From Monocercomonoides exilis PA203 (Eukaryota; Protista; Preaxostyla): 64,000 nt of DNA. A program made the position numbers and the translations under genes. Below are positions 26,133-40,798 of the stretch, piece after piece (within the stretch, counting starts at the first letter, position 1; each line of letters opens with the position of its first letter). The notes beneath the pieces were generated by a model, which saw only the letters and a program-made list of their open reading frames with translations, had not been told where the DNA came from and did not search any database. The stretch lies in the NCBI GenBank assembly GCA_001643675.2, contig LSRY02000038.1, positions 558,001 to 622,000 of the forward strand. The letters are read 5' to 3'.

Positions 26133-29100
26133 AGAGAAAGAGAAAGAAAGAAAGAAAGAAAAAGAAAGAGAATGAATGAATGAGAGAACGATGGAGATAG
26201 AGAGAAAGGAAGGAAGGAAGAAAAAGAAGAGAACTTATTGAATTTTGATTAGAAAATGATTATTTTTAGTTTTGTTTAGATCTTGAATGCATCGAAATTG
26301 AGATATTTTTATTCTTTCTCCTTTGCTATTATTCATTTTATTTAATAATATTATTATTTTCATATTTAAATTCCCTTTTTCATTTTACTCTATTTTATTT
26401 TATTTATATTTTATTTTTATTTATTTTATTTTATTTTATTTTTTCTCTTTCACAAAATCAGCTTGAGATCAAAGGGGTTCTCTATGGACACACTCAATCT
26501 TCTTCTTCATTGAAAAATACCTCTTCTCAACTGCATTCATCATTATCTTCTTCTTCTTCTTCTAATTCTTCTTCTTCCTCCTCCTCCCCCTCTTCTTCTT
26601 CTTCATTCACTTCAGTTACAAATAGACAAGGAATTGATAGCTTTCGTTCAAATTGTGTGTTTATTTTTGATCTATTTTTAATTTTTGAATTTATTTTTTC
26701 TTCCTTTTTGATTTTTGATTTTTGATTTTTCTTCTTTCTTTTCTTCTTTCTTTTCTTGTTTCTTTTCTTCTCTTTCTCTTTCTCTTTCTCTTTCTCTTTC
26801 TCTTTCTCTTTCTCTTTCTCTTTCTCTTTCTCTTTCTTTTTCTTAGCTTCTCCTTCCTCTCGCAGCCATTTCGATGAAGCTGCTGCTGTTTTGCAGGATT
26901 CAATCGAAGAAGGTTTCAAAAAACAGAAAAAAAACAAAACAGAAAATGGAATTTCTTCTTCTTCTGACAAGCAAGGGAATGATGATGGATATGTGAAGAA
27001 TAAAATAACTTCTTCTTCTTCTTTATCAATATCTTCTTCTTCTTCTTCTTCTCTTCCCTTTTCTTCCTCTGTTCCACCATTGACTCTTCAACCTCTTTCA
27101 TCTCCTTCTTCCTCCTTCAATTCTCTTTCTCTTTCTCCTTCTTATTCAACTGATTCACCTTCTTCTTCTTCTTCTTCCTCCTCCTCCTCCTCTTCTTCTT
27201 CTTCTTTTTTCTCTTCTCCTTCTTCTTTCGATCATTCACACAAAACATCTTCACTTCGCAACCAAATCTCTGACACTTCAAAATTACTCTCAGAATTCTC
27301 GTCATCTTCTTCATCCTCTTCTTCTCAATCTTCTTCTTCTATTTCATCTTCCTCTTTTTCCTCTTCCTCTTCCTCCTCCTCTTCCTCTTCTTCTTCATAT
27401 TCCTCTTCCTCTTATTCCTCTTCCTCTTCCATCTGCCATCACTCCCGCATCACCTCCCTCCTCATCCTCCCTTCCACCCTCCATCTCCTCGCCTCCTCCT
27501 CCTCCGATTCCTCCATCATCGTCTGGGACGTCCTCAAACAAAAGCCCCGCTCTCAACTGCGCAAACACCTGCATTCTGTCAACTGCCTCATTTTTAACCA
27601 TCCAACACACCATCTGCTCTCTGGTGGGACTGACTGCTGTGTGAATGTGTGGAATCCTCTTGTGACTGACAAAGGGTCGTTTGCCTTTGCGCTTTCTCAG
27701 CTGAATTCGCCTGTTGTTGCTCTGGCAAATGTTGGGGGGAAAGGAGAAGTTGTGTCGTTGTGTGAAGATGGAGGCATAAGATTGTTTGACCTGCAGACGA
27801 AGACGTTGCTGCAGTCTGTTGCGTTGGATGTGCAGGGGGTGATGAGCGAAGGGATGATGGTGGTGAGGCTATCTGATGATGCGTTGTTTGGAGGATATGG
27901 AGGAGGAGGAGGAGGAAAGGGAGGAAGAGGAGGAGGAAAGGGAAGTGAAGGAGGAGAAGGAAAAGAAATATCTCTGCGTTCGAATTCATCACAATCTGTT
28001 TTGAGTCGATTTGAGGAGCAAAACAAACAAAACAAGCAAAATAAACAGCCAAATTCGTTTTCTCTGCAATCTTCATTGAATTCACCTCTTTCTCGTTCTC
28101 CGCATGTGACAAAGACGAACATGATGAGGAAGATTGAGAAGTTATCGCAGACAATCACAAAACCGATGTTGCATCAGCAGAAATGCAAAAATGTTGTTGT
28201 GTGTTCGAACATGAATGAGAAGATGGTGATAACAGGAGGAAGAATGCTGGCGGTGTATGAGTATTCGTTTGGGAGAGGGAAAGGGAAGAGGAAGAGCGGA
28301 GGAAGAGAAAGAGGGGGAGAAAGAGAAGGAGAAGAGAAAGAAGGGAAGGAAGAAGGAGGAAGAGGAAGGAGAAGAGGAGAAGGAGAAGAGGAAGAGATTG
28401 AAGATGTAGAAGAAGGAGATGTTGGAGTGGGAAATGGAGGAAGCGAAGAAGATGAGGTGAAGATGGTGCTGAGGGCGATGAGGAAGAGGAAGAGAAGAAA
28501 GAGAAGAAGAAGAAGAAAGAGAGAGAAAATGATGAGAGAAAGAGAAAGAGGAGGAGGAGGAGGAGGAGGAGGAGGAGGAGGAGGAGGAGGAGGAAAAGGA
28601 GGAGGGGGAAGAGGAATAAATTCGAAGGAAATGAGTGAAAATTCCAATAAAAATGGAATGTTGATGAGGAAGAAACAGTCAATGAGTGAAATTGGAGAAG
28701 GATTTAGCTTCAGAAATCGAATGAGAGGAGGAGGAGGAGGAGAGGAAGAAGAGAAAGATGATGATTTCGATGACGATGATGAAGACGATGATGAAGGAGA
28801 AGGAGAAGGAGACGATGACGATGAAGACGATGAAGACGAAGATGAAGAAGAAGCAATTGATTCTCTTCTGAACTCCTCAAATTCGCAGCAAACTTCTCGT
28901 TCGTCGTTCCGCAGCGCATCCAAAATTGGCAGTGTGAATGGCTCTGTGTCGAAGAAGAAGTCGAGGTATGAAGAGATTGAGATGGCGAGGATGGCATTGG
29001 CGAGGAAGAAGATGGCAGAAGGAGGGTTTGAAATGCCGAGGAATGGAAGCATTCCGAAGCAGCTGAGGTTGAATATTCCTTCTTCTCCGTCTTCTTTTGG

Positions 29101-32100
29101 TACTTCTTCTTCTTCTTCTTCGTCATCTCCTTCTTCTTCTATTTCTATTTCAACTTCTTCTTCCTCTTCCTCTTCCTCTTCCTCTTCTTCTTCTGATACA
29201 AATTCCAATGAGAATAAGAATAAGAAGAATGCGAATTCAATGAAGATAACAAGACAAAGAGTTGACTATGCAGAAGTGGCAGCGAAGGCGAAGGAGAAGG
29301 CGCTGAAGGAGAGGCTGATGGTGCAGTCATTGATTGCTCACAGCGGAAGGAGGATTGGAAAGCCAAAGGTGTGATTTATAAGAGAGAGGAGAGGAGAAAG
29401 AGAGGGGGGAGAGAAAAGAAGAGGAGAGAAGAAGAAAGAAGGAGAGGAGAGAGAAAGAGAGAGAGAGATAGAGAGAGAGAGAGAAAAGGAGAGAGGGAAG
29501 AAGAAAGAGAGAGAAGGAGGAGAAAGAAAGAGAAAGATAAATGAAATACTGTTATATTTCTACTTAATGTTTTTTTTATTTAATATTTATTCACTTTTAA
29601 TTATCATTTATTTTAATTAATTATTTATTTATTAAATATTTCTTTTATTTATTTCTTTCTTAATTAATTATTTTTTTTTTCTTATTCTTATTCTTATTGT
29701 TTTCATTTTCTATCTCTTCTTCTTTCTTCCATTCACTCATTCATTTCATTTTCTCATTCTCTCAGCCCATCCGTTCTGCTGTGTACAATGCACTTTCAGC
29801 CACACTTGCCTGTGCTGTTGAGTCATCCATCGTTTTATTCGATGCATTCAGTGGATGCATCAGTGGGAAATATCATTCTTCTTCTTTTTCTTCTTCTAAT
29901 TCTTCCTCTTCTTCTTCTTCTTCTTCTTCTTCTTCCTCTCTTATTACTTGTCTTTCTCTTGACAAGAGGATGAGGAAGTTGTATGTGGGCAATGCAGATG
30001 GCGATGTGGCTGTGCTGAAGTTCAACAATGGCGCTGTGATGACTCAATTAGAGGGACATGCCCCAATTGTGAGCAGAAATGCAAAGACGGGGAAAATTGG
30101 TATGAAATGGGATAAAGTTTTTTAGGTTTTTTTTTTTTTAGATTTTATTGTTATTTCTTTTGTTTTCTTTTATTATTTTTCTTTTGCATTGCATTACTTA
30201 TTCGATGAATTAATTGTTACGAATTATTTGAATATTTGAAATTATCTTCTTTTATTCTCATTCTTATTCTCGTTTTCAAATTATCTCTTTCTCTTTCTCT
30301 TTCTCTCTTTCTTTCTTTCTCTCTCTTTCTCTCTCTCTCTCTCCTTCATCTTTCTCCTCTCCCCTTTCCAGACACCGAACCCCTCCCCATCACCTCCATC
30401 TGCTATTCTGACAACTCCGGCTGTGTTCTTTCAACTTCGTGGGAAAAACAAGCCATTTTCCAATCAGAAACAACCGAATTTCTCCGGCATATTTCTCCGC
30501 TTTCAGGTGACCTGCTTTGTTCTTCTGTGTCTTCTACACAGGAAATATCGCTTGCAGCTATTGGGTCATCAGATGGCATTGTGCGGTTGTTTGAAATTCC
30601 ATCGGCTCAACCTTTTATTAATTATTCTATTGGGAATAATAATAATAATCATTCTTCTTCTTCTTCTTCTCCCTTCACCCCACTCCTCTCCATCACCTCC
30701 CTCTGCTTCTGCGATGACTTTCCCCTTCTCGTTTGTGGCGATTCATCAGGTTTTCTCCATCTTTTTTCAGTTAAACCTTGTTCTTCCCGCACTCTCATTG
30801 CCAAATGGATGAATGTCTTGTGCTACTCAAACGCGTTTTTGCCTCTTTCGCAGCTGGCAAACACGAAAATTGCTGAAGAATTGGTGGGAAAAGGAGGAGG
30901 TGGAGGAGGAGCAGGAAATTATGAAGGAAATAAAATAGATAATGGAAGTTTTGGTACTAATACTAATACTAATACTAATACTAATAATACTGTTAGTTTT
31001 TCTTCATCTTCTCTTTCTTCTTCTTCTCCATCTTCTTCTCCTTCCCCTTCTGTTGCAGAAAATATTTCATCATCATCTTCTTCTTCCTCCTCTTCTTCTT
31101 CCTCTTCTTCCTCTTCTTCTTCTCTTCCTCGCAATCCAAGCCAACTTCTTCCTCCAGCCACTGATACAACATTACCCATTTCTTCGTTCTCTTCTTCTTC
31201 TTCTTCCTCTTCCTCTTCCTCTTCCTCTTCCTCTTCAACAAACAATGCAATTAATTCTTCTCAATCTTCTCCGCCTTCTTCTTCTTCTTCTGTTTCAACC
31301 ACACCTTCTCCTTCTCCATCTTCCTCTTCTTCTCAGCAAGCTTCGAAAAAGATATTACCAATTTCATCGTCATCATCATCATCATCTTCTTCTTCTTCTT
31401 CCTCTTCCTCTTCCTCTTCCTCTTCTGTCGATTCTTGTTCTTCTTCTTCTTCTCCCCCTCCTTCCAAAATCCCTTCTCATTCGTTGAATTCTGCTTCTGC
31501 TTCTTCTTCTTCTTCTTCGAGAAGAAAAACTGACACTTCGTTTATTCTTCCTTCTTCTTCTGGAATATCTTGTCTATGTTTTGTTCCGTATGTTAAGATT
31601 TCTTTGACAGAAGTAGGAGAAGAAGAGGCAGAAGAGAAAGAAATCGAAGGAGGACAAGCAGATGCTTCTTCTTCTTCTTCTTCTTCTTCCAGAGCTGACT
31701 TGATAACTTCTCCAATATCCAATAAATCAACATCTTCTTCTTCTTCTTCTTTCTCTTCTTCTTTCTCTTCTCTTTCTCCTCTTTCTTATTCTTCTTTCCC
31801 TCAAACCGCTCATCTTCTCTTTTGTGGAGATGAAAAAGGTTTCATCACTGTTTATAATCTTCAGCCGCTCATTCATCTTTTGGGGCTGAAATCGATTTCT
31901 GAGACAATCGAAGAAAGAAATGGGAATGTGAATGGAAACATAAATAAGAATACAAATAGGAAAAAGAATGTGAATGTGAATGGAAGTGGAAGAAATGAAA
32001 ACAAAAATGAGGGGAGAGAAGAAGAAGAAGGAGAAGGAGAAGGAGATGGAGATGGAGAAAGATTAGATACAGCAATAAGGACCTATTCTTCTTCCTCTTC

Positions 32101-35100
32101 TTCCTCTTCTTCCTCTTCCTCTTCCACTTTCTCTACAATTCTTGAACAATCATCGTCATCATCTTCTTCTTCTTCTTCTGAAAGACGTGACGGATCTGCT
32201 CCCTTCGTCATCCATTTCAATCCTCTTCCTTCTTCTCTCTTTTCTTCTTCTTCTTCTTCTTCTTCTCTTTCTTCTCTTTCTTCTTCCTCTTCTAATTCTT
32301 CTTCCTCTTCCTCTTCCTCTTCCTCTTCCTCCTCTTCCTCTTCTTCTTCTACTCTCACTCTCTCACCGACCATTCGTGATCTCCTCATTCTTGTGGGCAG
32401 ATGGCGTGCTCATTCGGAGTCCGTCACTGCTTTGCAATACATTCCGTTGAATGAAACATTAATGTCTGCTTCTTTGGATGGCACAGCCTGTTTGTGGGAT
32501 GTCAGGGCGTTTTTGGAGCAGAAGAGCAGAAGAACAGGAAGAGGGAGAGAAGAAGAAGAAGGAGAAGGAGAAGGAGAAGGAGAAAGAAGAGGAGGATTCA
32601 GAGAGAGCAAAAGAAGTTGGAAAAGGAAAGATAGTTTCAAATTCAATGAAAAAGGAGAAGAAACCGGAAATTCGCAAAATCCTTCAAAAATGCTGAATAT
32701 TTCTCCTTCTTCTTCGTCTTTTGCTGTTTTGACCAAAAAATTAATGCCAAACAAACCGTCAGACAAGAAAAATAACCCAAAACCAAACATGAAAGATATT
32801 AAACAAGAGGGAGAAAAAATGAATGTGATTTCCAATGCCAACACAAATGCCCTCACAACATCGCCATTTCAGAGGAGTTTCCAAGGAAGTCTTTCGAGTT
32901 ATGCCACTTCCTTCACCACATCCAGCTCTCCCCAAAACAACCAGCTCTTCCAATTTGCTCATTATCCACACTCAATCATTGCTCGTAGCTCCTCCTCATC
33001 CTCTTTCCAATCCTCATCTTCCTCTTCCTCTTCCTCTTCCTCTTCCTTTTTCCCCTTTTCTTTTCTCCCTCCCTCTTTCCTCCCTCCTCCCCTTCGGAGT
33101 ATCGTGTGTTTGGGTCGAATTCACTCTGTCTGTGGAGCAATTGACTTGCCCAGTGAGGAAGAAACAGATGGCTATGGAAACAGCAAGAGGATGATTAGAG
33201 TTGCACTGAAGATGGCGCTGCAGCAGACGAGAGAGGCAAAAGAGCTGAGGGAAAGAGAGAGAAGAGATGGGAGTGTGTTGAGCGGGGAAGAGGCGGAGAA
33301 GAAAGTGGATGATGAGTTTTTTGGGTTTCTGGATGAATTGAATGGAGTGAATGGAATGAATTCAAGTGGTTCATCATCATCTTCTTCATCATCGTTATCT
33401 GGAACAGGTGCAGGCAGTTTGGTGGGAGGAGATGGAGAAAGAGAGAAGGAGAAAGAGAGGGAGAAAGAAAGAGATGCAAGAACAAGTGTGAAGGGATTGT
33501 TTAGAGCAAGTGCAAAAGCAGTTCTTTCTGCTGTGATGTTTGCAGATTCGTCAAAGAACTTAGAAAAATCACCATTGAAAATAGGAGAAAGAGGAATTTT
33601 CAGCAAAAAGGGAAAAATGAATGTGAGCCAGAAAGAAGGAGACAGTTTGTCTTCTCCTTTTAAGACTCGTGTTGATTCAATGAATGCAAATCAAGATAGT
33701 CAAAAACCAAATATCAAAGGAAATAATTCCACCACTCAAGATTCTTTTGCCTCGAATTCTCTTTCTCCTCCTCCTCTTCCTCCTCTGCCTTCACCTTCTT
33801 CATCGCCATTATCTTCTCCTTCAGCCTCCACTTCATCATCTTCAACAACTTTGCCTCCTCTTCCTCTTCCTTCCTCTCCTCTTCCTTCTCTTTTTGCAGC
33901 ACAAAACACCAGAAATAGCACTTCCACAGATGAAAAAGCGATTTCTTTGGTTTCTCCAAAAGGAGCAAAAGAGAATGAGATTGATAAAGAGGATAAGACA
34001 AGAACTGAATTATCATCTTCTTCACCCCAAAAATCTCTTTTAAATGAACAAAGCACTGAAAAGACAACAGACAAAACAAAAGTTTCCTCATCAAATTCAT
34101 CCAATTCATCCAATCCCTGGCGTTTTGTTCCAGTGACAGCGCCATTTGAGGAAGAAATGACACGAAAAACGAAAGAGGTAATGGTGGAATTGAGAGCGAA
34201 ATTGTGTGAGCGAAGGAGGAAGAAGAGGGACACAGCAGGGGCAGACTTTGGAGATGGATTTGTAGTTGCTCGGAGGGTGTGTGGAGAAGATGCAGCATCG
34301 AAAGAGATTATCAACTTGGCTGCGCAGACAAATAAGATTAAGGAGAGGAAAGAGAATGGAGTGATTGGAGGAGGAGGAAGTGATGTTAATGTTTCAACAT
34401 CTTCTTCCTCTTCCTCTTCTCCTTCTCCTTCTCCTTCCTCCTCTTCCACTTCTTCTTCAATGAGCACCCCCACTCCTTCTGTTCTGGATACGCCTCTCTC
34501 TTCTTCTCGCTATTCTCCTCTGAACAGCGACACGATTGAGATGCGTGTTGCAATTGACAGCAGCGGAAAGGGAGTGATTGAGCATCTGAATGTGAAGTCC
34601 AGCCACAAAAGAAAGAGAGACAGTGGAGATGGGAATGAAAGCGGAAGAGAAAAAGAAAGAGAAAGAGGAGAAGGAGAAAAAGGAAGTGGAAGAGAAAAGG
34701 GGAATGTTGATGAGATAAGCAAAAGCAGTGCAAATGAGACAGAAGACAAGAAGAATGTCGAAAATGAGAAGAATTCGAACAACGCAAAACACTTTCGTTC
34801 CATTTCTGTGCCTTTTGCTTCATCTCAATCGCTGTTTTCGAGCAATTACAGCATTAAGCTCCCTCCAATAAATGGAGAAAACTCTCAAGTTTCGCAGGCT
34901 TCTGGTATTAAACAGATGAATTCTTCTTCCTCTTCCTCTTCTTCCTCTTCATCATCTTCTCCTTCTCCTCTGTTCCATTCATTCCCCTCAGTTGTTTCTA
35001 ATCCTTCTTCAAACACACCCAACAACACGTTTTCTTCTCCTCTTCCACAAGATTCTCTTTCTTCATCATGTTCTTCTTCTTCCTCCTCCTCCTCCTCCTC

Positions 35101-36538
35101 TTCTTCTTCTTCTTCTTCTCAATCTTCCTTTTCTATTCCTCCTCTTCATCGTCACGACACCTCATTTTCAATCGCCTCTAATTCATCTTTGTCTCCCTCT
35201 CTTCATTCATATCGCTCTTCCTCAACTTCTTCTTCTTCTTATTCCCCTTATTCCTTTGCCAACATGCCAATGACTTCTTCTGCCTCCTCTTCCTCCTCCT
35301 CCTCCTCCTCTTCTTCTTCTTCTTCGAACTTCCTTCGTTTGCGTGTGCCGTTGGAGAAGAAGAACGGGAAATTCATTTCGAATGTGAGGGCACAGCTAAT
35401 AAAAGGCGCGCAAACAGCAAGAGAACTGAGAGAAACAAGAGAAACAAGAGAAATGAGTGGAATTCGAATGAAACCGATTGATGGAGCAAGAAAGGAGCAA
35501 ATGATGGATGATAAAATGAATGTTGGGAGTGAAAGAGGAAGAGAAGGAAGAGAAGAAAGAATATGTGGAAGTTTGACTGAAAGAGTAGCACAGTTCAATC
35601 GATTAAGCAACGAAAGAAGAGCAGAGCTGACTCCTTTGGATGAGAATGAAAGAGAAAGTGGAGAAGAAAAGGAAGAAGAAAGAGAAGGAGAAGAAGGAAA
35701 AGGTGGAGAAAGAGAAGAAGAAGAAGAAACAAAACAAAGAACTGTTTTTCATAACAGATCACAATCACAATATTTTTCATTTTCATCTTCACTTTCTCCT
35801 TCGCCTGCTTCTTCTCCTTCTCCTCTTCATGCTTCTTCTTCAGCTTCTTCTTCCACAAAACATTCCGTTTCTAATTCAACGTCAATAACTTCTTCCCCAT
35901 CATCATCTTCTTCTTCCTCTCCCTCTTCTTCTTCCCCTTCTTCTCCTTCTCGTCCTCAGCCCATCCGCCGCCAAATGAGTGCCATTTTAGACAGACCTCG
36001 CTCGCAATCGGTGGACATCAACATGAACAAGCCCTTTTTGCACGAGCATTCCTTCAAAACGAACCCAATTCCGTTCAATTCGCACTACGAAAAGCTGCTT
36101 TCGGAGAGGAATTTGAGGAGACAGATGAGCGAAAGGCTGATTTCGTCGGGGGCGGTGGACGAAGAAGGATTGGCACTCATTTTGTATACGCCCATGCAGA
36201 ACGATAAGGAGATTGCGGGGAGTGGAAAGGGAGGAGGAGGAGGAAAGGAAGAGAAAGGAAAGAGAGAAGGAAGTGGGAGAAGAGGAGGAGGAGAAGGAAG
36301 AGGAAGCGGATATTCGAATAACAGAACGCAAACTTTGCTTGTTTCTCATTCATCCTCACCAAATCTGCATTCATCTTCATTTCCTTCTTCTTCCTCTTCC
36401 TCTTCTTCTTCTTCCTCTTCTCTCTCTATTTCTCAAACAGCAACACCAATTGACACTCCAAGTATTCTTTCTTTGCCTTCTTCTGCTGTTCAGTCAATGA
36501 GACGGCTGCCTCCACTGGCTGAAGAACCTTCTGGGTGA
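24751..36538 (+). CDS. Large multi-exon EF-hand + WD40-repeat protein (WDR49/WDR64/EFCAB8-like architecture) with extensive poly-Ser/Glu/Gly inserts
   Basis: ATG at 24751; introns 24892-24943, 25064-25124 and others. Spliced EF-hand LFEEIDVNGDKTMQWE|EFVGFI. WD repeats include LRGHTGAVTGV...SSMDRTLCVWD, SSSDSSIIVWD, GGTDCCVNVWN and WRAHSESVTAL...ASLDGTACLWD. Terminal exon ~30371-36538. Internal exon boundaries are partly approximate. Confidence 0.85.
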
Positions 36539-36659
36539 ATAAAGAGGAAGAATGAAGAATATTTTATTTTATTTATTAATTTATTAATCTTATTTTTATG
36601 ATTTTATGATTTTTATTGGAGAAATAGTGATTATCAATGGATTAATTAAAAGGAATATG

Positions 36660-36780
36660 AAGAAAGAGAAAGAGAAAGAGAAAGAAAAGGAGAAAGAGAA
36701 AGAGAAAGAAAAGGAGAAAGAGAAAGAGAAAGAGAAAGAGAAAGAGAAGGAGAAAGAGAAAGAGAAAGAGAAAGAAAAGG
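36660..36780. repeat. (GAGAAA)n hexamer microsatellite between the convergent genes
   Basis: About 20 near-perfect units. Confidence 0.9.
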
Positions 36781-37704
36781 AATTTATCATTGAATGAAAA
36801 AGAAGAATTTCTTTTCTTTTCTTTTCTTTTCTTTTCTTTTCTTTTCTTTTTTATTTTTTGTTATTGTTTTCTGAGAAAAATCTTTTTATTTTTTGTGTAT
36901 TTTATTTCAGATGTATATTGATATCTTCCAACAGGAAGATCAACATTTATTGAATATTTGTGATTTGTATGTTAATTTCGCTTCTTTTCTCTTTTCTTTT
37001 CTCATTTCACTTTTCTTCTTATCTTCTTATCTTATATTATTTATCTTTTCTTCTCTTCTACCAAAATTTTTATCAACATTTCATTTAACTGCTTTCGGTT
37101 TTTTGCTTTGTAAATCAATCGAACTTCTTTTCTCTATTTTTTTAAACTGAAATTGTGATTTTTATGAAGATAAATGAAAAGTTATTTTTTATTTTTTCTG
37201 TTTTTTCTTTTTTCTTTTTCTTCACAAAAAAAAAAAAAATTCTCTTCTATTTTTCTGCTTATTCATTCAATTTCCTCTCGATTTGTTACTAAAATTCTTC
37301 TTCTTCAATGATTTTCTCTTTAATTTGAAGTGTATGCGTATGGAAAAATAAAAATCAATCTGATTTTTCTTGTTTGACATAGAAAGATGAAACATTCATG
37401 GAACTTGTTATTGTTCTTTTTTTTTTTTGATTCAAGAGTTCAGTTGAAGATATTTACATAATGTTTATTTTTTTTGCAACTTCACAATGCTCAGTTCATA
37501 ATAATTGGATCTATCACAAGCAGATTTTAAAATCCAACTATTTCTTTTTTTTTTTTTTTCCTATCATTTTGAGTTTTTGAAATAAGAAAAACTTGATTTT
37601 TGAAAGAATCAATAAAAATGTTTTTCTTAAAATTAAAATAATTCTATGCCATTTTCATCTCATTTGAGAAGTAAATGTGACAAAATAATATGACTCGGAA
37701 TAAT

Positions 37705-39625
37705 TTATGAACCTTTCTCAATCTTTTGCACACTATTTGCATGAGAATGAGAAGTTGAATGAGAATTTGAAAGAGAATTTGAAAGAGAAGGAGAACGAGA
37801 AGGAGAACGAGAATGAGAATGTCTGTGACTTTTATGATAAAATGGACTTTTACTATGATTATGATGATGATTATAACTAGAATGAGAAGAATGACTAGAA
37901 AGATGATGATGTTTATGATGATGACCTCTGTCATTTTCATTGAAATTTTTGTGTTTGTGAGAGAGAGGTGAAATGTTATGATCGATTTTAACAGGATTCA
38001 TTTCGGAATTGAAATCTAAATTCAAATTGGATGGAGAAGAAGAAGATGGTGATGATGAGGAAGAAGATGAAGATGAAATGGAAGAAGAAGAAGATGAAGA
38101 AATATTTTTTACTGGCGAAGAATGAGAAGAAGAAGAAGGTTGCTTTTCCTCTTTTTTATTTTGTTCTCCTTTTTCTTTCTCCTCTTTTTTTTCTGTTTTT
38201 AATTTTATCGAAGATTTTTCTTTATTCAACCGATGAAAAGCAGCATAAAATCTATTTCTTTCGTCTTCTTCTTCATCTTCCCCTTCCTCTTCTTCTTCTT
38301 CTTCTTCTTCTTCTTCTTCCTTCTGTTTGTTATTCATTGAACTTATAAAAGTATTTGAATAAAGAGGAAGTTTTATTCTTTCTGTCTGTTTTGCTTTATC
38401 ATCACTTTTCTCTTCTTTTGTTGATAAATTTTTGTCTTTATCAGCTTTTTTGCTTTCTTCAAATTTTCCTTCTTCTTCTTCTTCTTCTTCTTTTCTTTTA
38501 TCTTCTTTTTCTTCTCCTCTTTTTCCTTCTTCTTTCTCTTTCTCTTCTTTCTCTTTCTCTTCAATTTCTTCTTCCTCCTCCTCCTCCTCTTCATCATCAT
38601 CATCATCATTTTCAAAAACAGCCTTGAATAAATCAACAGGAGGTCTGACAATTCCTTTTTGTGTGGTTTTTTCCACTTTTGACTTCTTCTTTTTATTCAT
38701 TTTATTTTCTTCTTCTTCTTCTTCTCTTTCCTCTTTCTCTTCTCTTTCTCTCTCTGTCTCTTTCTCTTCTCGTTCTTCTTCTCCTTCTTTCTCCTTCTCA
38801 TCATCATCTTCTTCTTCTTCTTCCTCTTCTTCCTCCTCCTCTTCTTCCTCCTCCTCTTCCTCTTTCATTAGTTCAAAAATAGATTTTCCTCCAATTGGAT
38901 GAACAGCTTCGTTGTTTGCCTGCTCCCATTCAAGTGCATTCCATTCATTGGATAAAGTTGGCTTGTTCTCAGAGGAGGAAGAGGAAGAAAGAGAAGAAGA
39001 AGAAAGAGAAGAGGGAGAAGAAGAATTTATTGATGAGGAGGAGAAAGAAGAAGAAGAAAGAGAAGAAGAAGAATGAGAAGAAGAAGAAGAAGAAGACAAC
39101 TTGAATGCGTTTATTTCCTCTTTCTCCCCTTCTCTATTCACAAACGGAGGAAATGAAGGAATGGCATAAGAAGCATTGTTATTCGCATTTTCAATGGTTT
39201 CATTCGATTTTCCGAGTGTTTCTTTAATCAGCTCATTCAAATACTTGCTGGCTGATAAAACTTTCTCTTCTTTAATTCCTTTTTCATTCATTTTTAATCC
39301 TCTTCCTTTTTCTCTTTCTCCTTCGTTTCTTCTTTCTCCTTCTCTTCTTCTTTCTCTTTCTCTTTCATTTTCTTTTCCTCTTTCTTTTCTGTTGTAATCA
39401 TAATCATTCGAATAATTCCAATTTTTCTCTCTTCTTCTTCTTTCTTCTTCCCTTCCTCTTTCTTCTCTTTCTTCTTCTTCTTCTTCTTCTTTTCTTCCTT
39501 CTCTTTCTCTTTCTCTTTCTTCTTCTTCTTTCTCTCTCTTTTTGATGTTGAGTCTCTTCAAAAGCAATGGAGAAGGCTCAAAATGCAAATAGCTTCGTTT
39601 CCATTCAGAATATTCAATGGAAGAA

Positions 39626-39678
<53 letters not shown>

Positions 39679-40743
39679 ATTTGAAAGAGAAGAAGAGGAG
39701 GAGGAGGAGGAATAAGAGGGAGAAGAAGAAGAAGAAGTATTATTTTGATAAGCATTTAATTGGTAAAAAGGATGAAGAAAAGAAGATTTTGAGTGAGAAG
39801 AATGAGAAATGCTGTTGAAAGGAAGATTTGAGAGCTCAGAAACTGTTGGGAAGGAAGAGAAAGAAGAGGAGGAAGAAGAAGAAGAAGGGGAAGAAGAAGA
39901 GGAAGAGGAAGAAGAGGAAGAAGAGGAAGAAGAAAATGATGATGATGATGATGAAATAATTAAGTCATTGTTCGTTTTTCTTTCACTTTCATTTTCTCCT
40001 TTTTTTGATACAACTTTAACAATCATAACTTCATCATCATCATCATCATCATTTTTTTCTTCTTCTTCTCTTTTTCTTTTTTCTTTTTCTTTTCCTTCTT
40101 CTTTTATTTCTTCTTCTTCTTCTTCACTTTCATCCAACAATTCTATGATTTCTTTCATTCCATCTTCCTTTTTCACTTTGAACCTTATTTCTTTCTCTTC
40201 TTTCTCTTTCTCTTTCTCTTTCTCTTTCTCTTCTTTCTCTTTCTCTTTCTCTTTCTCTTTCTCTTTCTCTTTCTCTTTCTCTTTCTTTTTCTCCTTCTCT
40301 TTCTCTTTCTCCCTCAAATTTCCTTCTTCCAACCTCTTTCCAAATGTTTGTATTATTCCACATTCATCTTTATCTTCTTCTTCTTCTTCTTTCCTTCTTC
40401 CTTCTTTTTCTTCTTTATCTTCTTTATCTTCTTTATTTTCTCTTCCTCCTTCTTCTTCTCTTCTTCTTTCTCTTTCTCTTTCTCTTTCTCTTTCTCTTTC
40501 TCTTTCTTCTTCTTCATTGTCATTCGAAGAAGCAACCACAAATCTGTTCGAAAGATATTTGTCTGCAATCGCCTCTAACGAAATCGTGTATTTGGAAGAG
40601 GAAGAAGAAGAATGAGTAGAAGGGGAAGAAGAAAGAGGAGAATAAGAGAAAGGAGAAGGAGAAGGAGAAGGAAAGAAGGAAGAAGAAAGGGAAAGAGAAG
40701 ATGAAGAAGGAGAAGAAAATCTTGTGGTTGTTGTTGTTGTTGT

Positions 40744-40798
<55 letters not shown>

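Noticed and set aside
30371-36538. Reassigned TAA/TAG (Gln) code as an explanation for the many in-frame stops
   Set aside because: A >2000-codon exon and other long exons contain no TAA or TAG and use CAA/CAG. The broken genes also contain TGA and frameshifts, so they are pseudogenes.
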